In this document: piece after piece, positions 14,391 through 25,860 of the stretch
How the letters are laid out: every line of letters begins with the position of its first letter
Numbering within the stretch: position 1 is the stretch's first letter
Assembly: GCA_021613535.1 (NCBI GenBank)
Contig: CP075494.1
Span: forward strand, 4,464,001 to 4,528,000
DNA from: Adineta vaga
Taxonomy: Eukaryota; Animalia; Rotifera
Direction: 5' to 3'
DNA length: 64,000 bases
Notes under the pieces: generated by a model
What the model saw: the letters and a program-made list of their open reading frames with translations, nothing else
Databases searched by the model: none
What the model was told of the DNA's origin: nothing
Position numbers and translations under genes: made by a program

Positions 14391-15005
14391 TCAATTGCTT
14401 TTAAAATTTCGAATAATTGATTTATAATCATGTCCATCTGAAATCAAATTTAAATCGATAGATTTTAACAATCTTTTGAAATCAAACATAATACTCACAA
14501 CGACTTTGTGCTTCTTCAACATTTTCTATCATATTTTGTATATAGGTACCAAATTCTGCTTCTCTAAAGTTTATAATTATAAATCAATATTTCAAATCTC
14601 GTTCATCAACTTACATTGAGATGAATTTCAGTTCAGCATCGTTTTCAATCTCAACATGTAATTCGTGTAAAATCAACAGATCATGTAAAACATCTAAAAA
14701 TCATTAGATAACTCAAGATTTGTTTTCGATCAATGAATAAATTTTTACTTCGATAGTTTTCAATAGAACAATTTATTATAATTCGTTGTCTAACAGTTGA
14801 AATCAACATTGGTTTACGTTGAATATTATGTACATATTCTTCAAGAAAACAAATTTCAATGATTTGTGATAGAAACTGAAACGAAATCATAGATATTTTC
14901 TTTGAAAAGAATCATATCGTTTTCTTCTACCTGAAGTTCATCTGCATATTTTGCACCATATTTTGAAAAGATATATTCAGCATCGATTGTAAAGATTGAT
15001 TCCAT
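14391..15005 (-). CDS. Hypothetical multi-exon protein (~5 exons)
   Basis: ATG at 15005 (MESIFTIDAEYIFSKYGAKYADELQ), followed by GT-AG bounded segments ending ...GHDYKSIIRNFKSN-TGA. No family recognised. Confidence 0.55.
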
Positions 15006-15398
15006 ATTTGTTCTATGGCAATTCAATTCATATGTTGATGTACATATATATATATGGATGATGGACAGACGTTTATGCAGCCTAATAGTCATTGAATATT
15101 TGACCTGATTGAAAAATAGCATAATGTAGAAAACAGCATGATTGGTCGTTGACTTCTAGACAATATGTATCTGAAGGTTTCATTATCTTATAAACATTCT
15201 CGTACGACGTCTGTATAATTATCCAAATATTCTTCGTTACTCTTGCGTTTCTTTTCTTTCTATATCATTGCTTTCGACTATAGATACATCGACCTTCTGT
15301 CTGTAACGTTTTTTTTTCTTCGCTTTTGGATACTATACAAAAATAATTATGCACTCCATTCTTTATATTATCTCATAGACAAACAACAATATTCAAGA

Positions 15399-16073
15399 AT
15401 GTCTAATGTACTTGAAAAAGAACAATTTCTTCCACCAACAACATCAATTACCATATCCAGTGAACAATTTGATCAATTATTAAATCGTAGTACAAAATCA
15501 AATGGAATTGTTAATCCTGCTGCTCTCGGTCTTGGAGCGTTTGCATTAACAACATTCATACTTTCTGCTTTTAATGCTGGGAATTATCTGATTGATACTC
15601 GATTAGAACCAATGGTATTACCGGTCGCATTGTTCTATGGAGGATTAGCACAGTTTTTAGCTGGAATGTGGGAATTTAAATTAAATAATACATTTGGTGC
15701 AACAGCATTCACAAGTTATGGAGCATTTTGGATGTCATTTGCTGGTTATGTTCATTTCATCGTTCCGAATATAAAACGATATGGAAATGTAAACAAAGCG
15801 ACAAGTCTTTTTCTTTTAGCTTGGTTTATTTTTACAATTATTATGAATATTGCTGCTTCGAAAATATCGAAATTTTTATTTGTACTTTTTACAATTCTTA
15901 GTCTTACTTTCTTTTTATTATTTATTGGCAATTTATTTAATTTAATATTAGTAATCAATATAGGAGGATGGTTTGGAATTGTAACAGCATTTGTTGCTTG
16001 GTATGGATGTGCTGCAATTGTAATTAATTCAGCATTTAAACGACAAGCTTTACCGCTCGGTGTTTATGTTTAA
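15399..16073 (+). CDS. GPR1/FUN34/YaaH (SatP/AceTr) acetate/carboxylate channel
   Basis: Signature NPAALGLGAFALTT, plus FYGGLAQFLAGMWEF and NTFGATAFTSYGAFW. Six hydrophobic helices; intronless. Confidence 0.93.
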   Translation: MSNVLEKEQFLPPTTSITISSEQFDQLLNRSTKSNGIVNPAALGLGAFALTTFILSAFNAGNYLIDTRLEPMVLPVALFYGGLAQFLAGMWEFKLNNTFGATAFTSYGAFWMSFAGYVHFIVPNIKRYGNVNKATSLFLLAWFIFTIIMNIAASKISKFLFVLFTILSLTFFLLFIGNLFNLILVINIGGWFGIVTAFVAWYGCAAIVINSAFKRQALPLGVYV

Positions 16074-16182
16074 TACTGAAACTGAATTTAGCATTTTTAT
16101 TTTATTTTAGTTTTTTTTCTTATGTAGATATTTTATTAGAACACGTTTTTCAATAAATTAATCAATTCCTATCGAACACAAT

Positions 16183-17385
16183 CTATGAACTCAATGGAAA
16201 TTTTTGTACTCGATTGTTATAATAGTCAGCAACATAGAAAAATGTTTCGTTAGAATCAAGAAAAACAGCATATGGTCCATTAAGAGCATACATACCAGAA
16301 CCAGAAGTACCATTTGCATTTCCAGCTATAGTAATTCCTGTCGATGCACCTATTGACCATTTTTGTATGCGATGATTACCTGTATCAGCTACATAAATAG
16401 TACCATCGATTCGAGAAACATAAACACCTGCAGGACTATTAAGTTTATCTGTCGTTCTTCCTAACACTCCATTTATTCCAGCAACTGTTTGAGCAGGTAA
16501 ACTACCATTGAGAAATAGCTTTAGAATACGATGACGTAACGTGTCTGCCACATAGAGAAGTGACTGATCTTCATCTAGATATATATGCCGAGGTTGATTT
16601 ACTAAGGAAGAATTGACAATAAGCATTGTCGCATTAGTTTGATTTACATTCCATTGACTGATAAAACTACAGCTAACACTTGATACATAAATATTTCCTA
16701 AACTATCAACAACAACTCCATATGCATCATTGAGAGAATTTACCCATGTACATGTTCCTAATGCAGTTGACGGGACATTAATACCACTTGGTCGAATTGT
16801 TACTTGATTCTTTGTATGCCATGTTACATAAAGATTTGATAGACGATCAACAAAGAGTCCTTGTGGTTGACCTGCCATACTAATCACTGTAGCGCCTATT
16901 CGAGAACCAGGATTAAATGCTTGAACACGATTATTATTCCAATCTGCTACAAATAATGTTTCATTCGAGCTTAAAAATACATCGACTGGTCCGTTTAATG
17001 ATTGATCTCCATTACCACTTGTACCATTCGCATTTCCAGCTATTGTATAATCTGCTGTCTTATTTTGTAATGGAGGTTGTTGAATAAATATGAGAGTAGA
17101 ATCAGAATTGCTCTGTACTATTGACGCTGAAGAATAGTTTGAAAATAATTCACACGTTTTATTATTATTATTGTAACAATTCAATCCAACATATAATGGA
17201 GGTGTATTGGAGAAGAATGCATAACAGATACATTCTGAACATGTATTTCTGTATGTTATTATAGTATTAGCACTACTACTACTACTACTAGAGATATAGG
17301 ATGCATTATATATGAAACCAAGACCATTTATATATCTGACGTTAATAATAAGAATTAGTAATACCACTGTGAAAGTTGCCAACAT
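16183..17385 (-). CDS. Secreted PAN/apple-like + NHL-repeat (beta-propeller) protein
   Basis: Signal peptide and a Cys-rich N-domain (CSECIC...NCY...TCELF). NHL repeats: LNGPVDVF...LFVADWNNNRVQ, IYVADTGNHRIQKW, FYVADYYNNRVQKF. Confidence 0.9.
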   Translation of the reverse strand: MLATFTVVLLILIINVRYINGLGFIYNASYISSSSSSSANTIITYRNTCSECICYAFFSNTPPLYVGLNCYNNNNKTCELFSNYSSASIVQSNSDSTLIFIQQPPLQNKTADYTIAGNANGTSGNGDQSLNGPVDVFLSSNETLFVADWNNNRVQAFNPGSRIGATVISMAGQPQGLFVDRLSNLYVTWHTKNQVTIRPSGINVPSTALGTCTWVNSLNDAYGVVVDSLGNIYVSSVSCSFISQWNVNQTNATMLIVNSSLVNQPRHIYLDEDQSLLYVADTLRHRILKLFLNGSLPAQTVAGINGVLGRTTDKLNSPAGVYVSRIDGTIYVADTGNHRIQKWSIGASTGITIAGNANGTSGSGMYALNGPYAVFLDSNETFFYVADYYNNRVQKFPLSS

Positions 17386-17788
17386 TTTCTTTATCAAAAC
17401 AATTTTGTAATGAAAGAAAATACTGAGCATAGTTCTCTTTTTCTATTGTATATTTTAGAGATGTACTTCATTTGAGCTATCTATCAACTTTGAAGTGTGC
17501 TTTTAAATACTGTTATTTGTTGTCCGTAAAAGATGAACTGTAAAGCACTCAATTTTTTTCTTTTTAATATTTTATTAATAAAACGAGTGACAATGCAAGT
17601 AGAAAGTACGTTCTTCAAGCTCAACAGGATTTTTAAAAGTAATGAAGGATGAGAATAAACGGTGCACATATTGTTCATGAGCGACGCTGGAACGTTCATA
17701 ATAATAGTTGTTAGAGCAGTCCGAAGCGTCATAATAGACGTAAAATTATGAGGGTATAGAATGCAAAATATATTATTGTCAGAGTTTT

Positions 17789-17806
17789 GGGTGTGGGTGT
17801 GGGTGT
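17789..17806 (+). repeat. Telomere-like (GGGTGT)3 run; partial copy of the hairpin element family
   Basis: gggtgtgggtgtgggtgt in an otherwise very AT-rich context. Confidence 0.7.
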
Positions 17807-17809
17807 GCG

Positions 17810-18180
17810 AGATATGATCGATAATTTTGATGATTTTTTCAAAAATATTTCTTCTCAAAGAAACATTCAACTTACATTCGAAGAAAAAGAACGATTTTCG
17901 ATGAAACTGAAATGTATCGATATTTCTCTCAAATCTTTCCAGAGATTACAAGGTTACTTACCATCATCTTCTAATGCAACCATCTTTAAGTGTTTCTAAG
18001 CGAAGAAGGTATACATGAATCACCACTTTTAACATTAGGTTATTTTCTTTGACAAACTGGTGAATATGATAAAGCAAATATTTTCTATTCAATAATATTA
18101 AAAGAACAGTCATCATTAGATAAATCTTTATTAGAACTTATTTATAATAATATCGGTCTTTTATATATTGATCAAGGTAT
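17810..18180 (+). pseudogene. Possible TPR gene remnant
   Basis: The segment near 18125-18178 reads LLELIYNNIGLLYIDQG (TPR consensus). Surrounding frames are broken. Confidence 0.4.
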
Positions 18181-18507
18181 GTATATTTCTGTGAAAATAA
18201 TTGGATAGCACACTAATGAAGAAGAGAAACATATTCACTCTCTACTCGTCCTTTTGTTTGTTTAATAGTGCATTATATTCAGTAACACACACTCTCGCTA
18301 ATATGTAAGAATATATTTCTTTTATGAATATAAAGCTAACTTCTAAAAGAATTTTTCAATCATTAGAAATACCGCACCTTTCACTCAGTGAATATTTTAT
18401 ATATATATACATATCATTAATGAAATATAGTTATTGGAAGATAAAAGTAGCATGATATTATAAAACAGTTCTATTTTGACGTCCATTCTTCATGAAACTC
18501 TTTGACA

Positions 18508-19925
18508 ATGACATGTCGAATTTTGTTATTCGTAATGATGATAATGGCATCGTCAACTTCGCAAAATATTCGATCAATACTATTTTCTAAATCAAACAAC
18601 ATGATGTATCAATGTGTTGATGCATGTTGTTCATCTCCTACAATGATTACCGTTTCGACAATTAGATATTGTCAAATAGCTTGTTTATCTGATACTATGT
18701 GTCGCACAGTGACATTCGATTCAACTAGCAATAAATGTCAATTATTTACTGATAGTGTCATTGAACATGGCAATATGTTCGTACAAATAAATGTTGTTAC
18801 TATGATTGTTACTGATGGCAGATCAGAAGGGGCCAGTAAGTAAAAATGGAAAGTGTTTTTCGAGAGAAGATATTTTTTTTGTATTTGATAGGTGGCAATA
18901 TTGTATTTATTCCTGAAGCATCTTTAGGAACTGGTTCTGCTCCTAGTGGATTGGCAATAATGGATGTTAATAGCGATAATAAACTTGATGTCATCGTTAC
19001 AAATTTTATGGATGATAACGTTGTAGTTCTGTTTAATGATGGTACTGGTAATTTTTCTTCTTCAACTGGTTATTCAGTTGGTTCTCATCCAAATTTAGTA
19101 GTTACTGGATATATAAATAACGATGATAAACCTGATCTTGTTGTTCACAATCAAGGTTGGGCTAATCTTAGTCTACTTCTCAATACTGGTAATGGTACAT
19201 ATGTTCATCAAACTACACTCTACACGAATTCTGATTCACAATCGATGGCAATTATTGATGTGAACAATGACAATGAACAAGATATTGTTGTTGCAAACAT
19301 GGGCTTGAATAACATTGGTATTTTTTTTAATACAGGTAACGGTTCTTTTCTAGGACAAACCACGTATCCGACTGGTAGTGAACCATGTTCAATGTCAGTT
19401 GTTGATATAAATAATGACAGTTTACCTGATCTTATTGTTGCAAATCGATATTCAAACAACATCGGTGTTCTATTAAACATTGGCAATGGCAATTTTTCTT
19501 CTCAAATGACTTTCATAACAGGAAGTCATCCATGTTCAATTGCAGTCGCCGATTTGAATGGTGATACTAAACCCGATATCACCGTTGCAAACTGTGATTC
19601 AGATACTATCAGCATTCTTTTCAACAATGGTAGTGGCAATTTTCTCGATCAAATTACATATCCGACAAGTTCAGGTCCAACCGCAGTTTCAGTCATCGAC
19701 ATCAATAACGATAACAAGCTCGATATTATTGTCGTCAATATAAATGTAAACAATGTTGGTGTTCTACTGAATAATGGTAATGGTACTTTTCTCAATCAAA
19801 CTACTTATCAAGTTGGAGCCATTCCATTTTTGTTAGCTGTAGTTGATATTAATTACGATAACAAGGCCGATATCATTACAGTGAATCGTGGCTCAAACAA
19901 TGTCGGTATTCTGACACAATGTTAG
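18508..19925 (+). CDS. Secreted PAN/apple domain + FG-GAP/VCBS-repeat beta-propeller (intron 18836-18891)
   Basis: Signal peptide and PAN motif CQIACLSDTMCRTVTFDSTSNKCQLF. Seven repeats of the form DxNxDxKxDIxVxN...VLLNxGNG. Confidence 0.9.
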
Positions 19926-20025
19926 CATACATATTCATGAACATTATTTTATTAAGACAATACAAAGTATCTACTATCATGCTTTAGGTTCAGTTAAAAT
20001 TTGAATAAAATACAAGAGATATCTA

Positions 20026-23000
20026 TTAAGCAACTTTTTCTTCATAGTACTTTAATTGTGTGAAAAAAAGTGCACGAACTCTTTTATTAATCTGTTGTAT
20101 TGCAGCACGAAATTCGCCTCTGTAAGTTTCCGATGGTAAAACAAAAACAATAAATGTAAACATCGATGGAATAAATGAAAGAAAATAACCAATCAAATAT
20201 AGCCATGGTTGCCGTGCTGATCTCATACATCCACTAATAAATGAAATAATTAATCGTGGTAAACTTAAGATAATTAATAAACAAGGTGCAATGAGCAGAT
20301 GTCGATGTTGATCAAATTGATGTTGAAGATTTTGTTTATATGATTGATCACATTGAACACCGGCACGATTTTGAGCTAATGATAGTATTAACCAAATAGC
20401 TGAAAGAACATTGATTGAAAATGGAACTAAAAAATGAAATAATGTTAGAAATGAATTATAAATCTTCATTGATGTTGATGAATATTGAGCTAAACACCAC
20501 GTTCTTTTTTGATCTATATCGATGTCATCAGCTAATTCACGATGAAGTGGATCATGAATATGTATAAACATAAGCATCGTCACCATACCAATCATTATCC
20601 ATTTTGAAAATTGCTTACTTTTAGTCTTATTAAAACTAGTACTTTGTTTTACACTAACTGCTCTTTCAATAGCTACACATGCACTTAACCATTCGCTTAT
20701 TGCTAAAAGAACTTTCAGCATAAAATCTAATAAAATACAATGAATTTTTAGAACTAATCGATTGTTTGTTGTTGACTGTTGTGTAAGAATTAAAAACCAA
20801 AATTTATACATTAATACAATAATCATCAGTATTGAACTAATGGACGAAAGTAGAAGATAATTCCCAGTCCCGACTTGTCTTGCTTTTTCTCTTCTAAATG
20901 TCATTACTGATAAACATCCACTAATTAATCCAATAATAAACATAATTGTGAGAATAGTAATACTAATCTGAATAATGAATGGTTGTCGATGAACTGAAAC
21001 ATTTGGTTGAATATGATATCCAAGTATAGGATCAAGTGAAAACATGTAAGATGAAGTTGAATATTGACATCGTTCACCGTAAAAACAATCTTGACATATA
21101 CAAGAGAATTTTGTTGGACATGATTTACCATCGTAAATACATTGACCACGACCTTTACATACATTATTAGCTCTACAATCATAATTTGCTGTAAAATTAA
21201 AAAAAAAACAATTGGAAAAACGATTCACATCACAAATACACATGAGATTTTCATCATGATCACGAAAACATTTCAATTGAGAATATTTTCGACATAAGAA
21301 TGGATAATATTTCACTCGTCGAAGAGGTTTGTATTGTAAATATGTCTCATTCAGAAGTTCTTTTATATGATGACAACGATGTTTCAATTGAACTTCTGTG
21401 GAAATATCTTCTGAAGAGAGATATTTTTCTCGAAGAATAGCTAAATAATATTCATGATATGACATTTGAATAAAAAGAATGTTGAATGGTTTTACTGCAT
21501 AAAGTTTTATATATTTTTGATCAAATGGAATCTTTTTTAATGAGACTACTCTTTCAGGAATCGAGTTTTGAAATGCTGTAATTAAATTTACGTATAAAAA
21601 TGTTGTGGCTAAGTTGAATATGCTATTAAAATGAATAACAATTTGTACATTTCGATTCTGACATCGTTCACCAGAATATTCTTGTGAACATAGGCATGTA
21701 AATGTTGTTAGACCAATGCGATCATCATTTGGAATACACAATCCATTATGTTGACATGGATTGTTCGATGGATGACAAATTGGATGTTTGACATAACACA
21801 ATGAACCAAGTTTATGTATGGGACAAACACATATTGATGAACTAAGACATATAGAATCCTTTGCGCAAGAACATTCATAAGTAATATTGCAAAAGGTACC
21901 TGAGTATCCTTGATCACAATAGCAAAAGAATGACGAGTTTTTATTGATATATCGCGTACATTTACCATGTAATCCACATGAGAGAAGACATGATTGTTGA
22001 TAATCATATTCTTGTGGAATATGTAACTGAGTAGCTATTCGATTTACTGGTAAGAAGTGAAATGGTATAGATAAATGCCAACTACCCCAATAGGTTAACA
22101 TCTTCTTTTCATATAAATCAATTCGAATTGAATAATTACTTGTTAACGATTTTGGTCGATCTGGATAGAGTAGATAAAGATTATACTTTGAAGAACAATC
22201 ACGAGTTGGTAAATAAAGAATTTGTTCATAATACGGTGTAATAGATCCATAATGATCAATAAGCATGATTATGATTTGAAAGATAACAAAAGAAGATGTT
22301 GCACTATACCAGGTAAATTTAAGTGTTAAACTAATACGTTGACTTTGCCATTGACATCGATCACCAAAGTATTGCGGTGGACATAAACATTGTTTCCTTT
22401 TATTTGGACCATCAAGTACGAGAATACCACGAAAACAATATAATTCGAATCCCAAAGCACAGCGCGTATCTGATTGTTGACCTATTGGAGTGATCATTGT
22501 TGTAGAAATCGTTTGCAATGGATAGATTCATTGACGGTGTTGGATAATAACCTAGTTCATTACTTGTAAAAAATTCTGTTGTTAATTGACTTTGATATCC
22601 TCTGAGACGACAAACACGTTCTTTAGTTTGCAAATGTTCTACCAATTGTGGACGACTAGATATCTGTTTTGGAAACTGATGAGAACAATCATTTTCTTGG
22701 TTTGTTGTCATTTCAAAATCACCATCAATACGACAAAGATGATTATATGTAAGGCATTGAACATCTTTCCAAGATAGATATTGATCACTAATGTTCGATG
22801 TTTCATTGTAAAAATATATTTGACGAAATAGTGTTCTATTTTGGCAAGGAGCAAGATATTTATCGTATAAATGATTTTTGGATAGGCACATAGTTTCTCC
22901 ACGGGGTGAAACCTGACATTCATATTCATTAAAAGGACATACTGAATTTGAACAATTGAGCTCATCATTTCCATCCAAACAATGAAATTCATAATCACAA

Positions 23001-24880
23001 CGTGTATAAGGATTCGAACAGGGCCACCAATCGCAATCCGTCTCATCAGTCTCTTGACCTTGCAAAAATTGTTCAAATAGAGTGATTCCAAGATTACATA
23101 ACTCTGGAAAGAGCTCCGAAATTCGTATTTCTGTTTGTTTTGGTTGTTTTTCTTGATAAGAATTAATTAATTCATCCTCCCAATAGTAGCAATCCGAATA
23201 ACCATTCCGAACACGATTCTTAGAAATACATTTCATCGATTCATTACAATAAAAATACGATGAATTTCGACATGATTTTTCTGTACCCATTTTCAAACAA
23301 ATGTCACGAGCTATAGAAAGTAATTGTGCAGCCGTATAAAAATCTCGCATTACAGTCGTTCCAGTTAGACTTGACGGATTGAAACATACGAGGCCATCAA
23401 TGAGTGGAACATTTATTACATATACTAATAATACTGGACATTTTGTCTCATTAAAACATACAAAATCAGGTGCAATATTATCTTTGAATCTGTCCGTGGA
23501 TCGATTAGTAAAATAAACAAATTGAAAGAAATCAAGAAAAATCGGACGAGCAGGTAATACCAACCAGTCAAACATACAATATTCAGACAAAGGTGGACAA
23601 TCTCTATTCGATACATCATTGATAGTTGAATTAGATCGTGTACTAGTATTTGGTGCAAGTATATGTCCACAATTTATATACCAAGAATTTGAGACTATCG
23701 ATTGATGTTGAGTGTCAGTAGGTTTAAATAAACCTAAAATATTTGTAATAAGAAAGTGAAATCTATCATAATACTTTATTATCCTTATTCACTCATTCAC
23801 TCACGTCTATTAAGAAGAAATAAATTATTTTTCCTTACTTTGATCGAATGTTCCTCGAAGATGAAGTGCACAATCGAATGCTTGTTGGCAATTGATATTC
23901 GGAATATGATTCAATGACGTAAGCATAACTCGAATAAATTCTCGATCTCTTAAATTCATGCAATAAGTTTTCTCGTTTGGTAATTGAACACCATAAAGAT
24001 ATTGACCGTCACCACATTGAAAATTAGCAGGATATCGGCTAGTGCGTTCTTGATATTGAAATGTTGAGTGGTGCCAACATTCATTATCTCCACCGGTATA
24101 CATTACTGCGAACTTCTCATCTGTATCATCGAGACAATCAGATTCTAATGGATTATCATCTTTCAATGATAATGAAATACATTGACCACCATAATGACAT
24201 CGAAATTCATTTTCTTCACATTGACTGAATTCCAATTGCTCACACCATTGTTCATCTTCTCCACTTTCACAATCATTTAATCCATCACAAATCTGACGCC
24301 AATTCAAACACATTGGCCATAATTCATTATTACAACTAGATAAAAATCGATAGCACGTACCATGAATCAGATCACTAATCTTATATCTATGAATATAGAA
24401 CGTTACTTCAATGATATCTTCGAATGATACCGATACGTTATGGTTAAATCTATATTGACAAAACGAACCAAACCAAGGTGTTGAACAGTTATAAAATACA
24501 TCTGAACTATTTTCATCTCTTTCATATTTTTCCACAACATCCATAGGTGCAAACCATGCCAATAGTTGATTACTAGTTATACCTTGTTGTTTCAATTGAC
24601 TAAATGTAATTATGTTCACTATATTTTCACTCGATTTGTATGAAATAGCTTCTCGTTTAATATCTTTAACAAGATCATTATCAGGTCGACGACAGTATGG
24701 AACTGACTGAAGACTTGAACTACCATATTTCTCTTTATAGTTTTCGTTGTTCACAAAATGTGCATGGAGACAATCATATGCGGGATAAGATATTCGATTA
24801 ATATCAGAATGATATAATGAATAACGAGTATTCACTAAAGCACACGAGGAAAACGCTAAAACGATGCATAAAATTATCAT
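20026..24880 (-). CDS. Second giant LDLa/EGF-repeat GPCR (intron 23734-23838; frameshift ~22510; possibly a pseudogene)
   Basis: Same architecture as 8002-13186: signal peptide, YDC...PYCRRP N-domain, CLNWRQICDG LDLa repeats, EGF repeats, FLPVNRIA linker, and 7TM with CVAIERA and FVLPSETYRGEF. ORFs 22412-23590 and 20026-22518 overlap out of frame. Confidence 0.8.
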
Positions 24881-25555
24881 AGTAAATGTAATATTCTGCT
24901 GATAAAAAGTGAGTTTTCTCAACTCTGAATATGAACTTTTTTATCTCGTTTTTGCTGCAAACATTAAACAGGTGTACTTTATCTGTGCTTCTCTTTTACA
25001 TATCAGAAAAATTAATGTGATCGTTTTTAGATCTTTCTCATTTTAAGCAAATATGCATTTACTATTGAAATAAGAATTATCAGATTCCGTTCAGCAAAAA
25101 AATGCATCCGTTTGAAAATAATATTTTCAATCAACATAAATAATTAATTTTTGTAAATCTTTTCTGTTGTTTTCTTTTAAATTAATTTAAACTCTGAAAT
25201 CTCGAAATATATTAGTTTTAAGAGAATTCGTTTTTCATAGAAATCAACTATACAATGAATAAAATACATCCAGAATTAGTATTAGATGTGCGACAATTAT
25301 CAGAAACAGGTGCTCAAATTTCATCCAGAACATCCGTTAACACCGCAATTAATTGACTTCAAATCATATGTAGATTCCAAGTTTTGTTGGAAACTCGCAA
25401 TGAACATTAGAAGAAAGAACTAGCAACGTGGCATCACGTATACTTTGGGTGAGTTTTCAGATGCATTCTTTTATCAAATAATCTTTTACTCTTACGATAG
25501 ATCGTTGGTTTGAAGATACAAGTCGTGGTGGTCAACCATTAGGTGATATATAGAA

Positions 25556-25620
25556 GGGTGTGGGTGTGGGTGTAGATGTGAGTGACGTTGGTTCTTACTG
25601 TATCTTCATCCACACCCACA
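25556..25620. repeat. Short hairpin element with telomere-like arms
   Basis: gggtgtgggtgtgggtgtagatgtgagtg...catccacacccaca: a G-rich arm facing a complementary C-rich arm. Confidence 0.7.
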
Positions 25621-25860
25621 ACAATGTACAACTTATAATCAAAGTAGCATTTTTACCACAATCTTTAGAAAACTAAAGCAACAAATAAAACTTTAATTTA
25701 TTCCAAGTTGTCTGTTTTGTGATGTAGTGATATACAGATGAAGAAAGTTTTTATTGACTCTAACTAACAATGCTCGATAAGGATATAACAGCACACACCA
25801 TAAAGCTAATATATATATATATTTAAAAACAAGTCTTATAGTGTAAGATTGTCATTTTGT

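Noticed and set aside
17271-17290. (CTA)n and scattered (TA)n microsatellites
   Set aside because: The (CTA)n run encodes poly-Ser in the NHL gene; the TA runs are ordinary in this composition.
18846-19925. Regular ~165-nt periodicity considered as a CRISPR-like or tandem array
   Set aside because: These are protein-coding FG-GAP repeats; there are no identical direct repeats with spacers.
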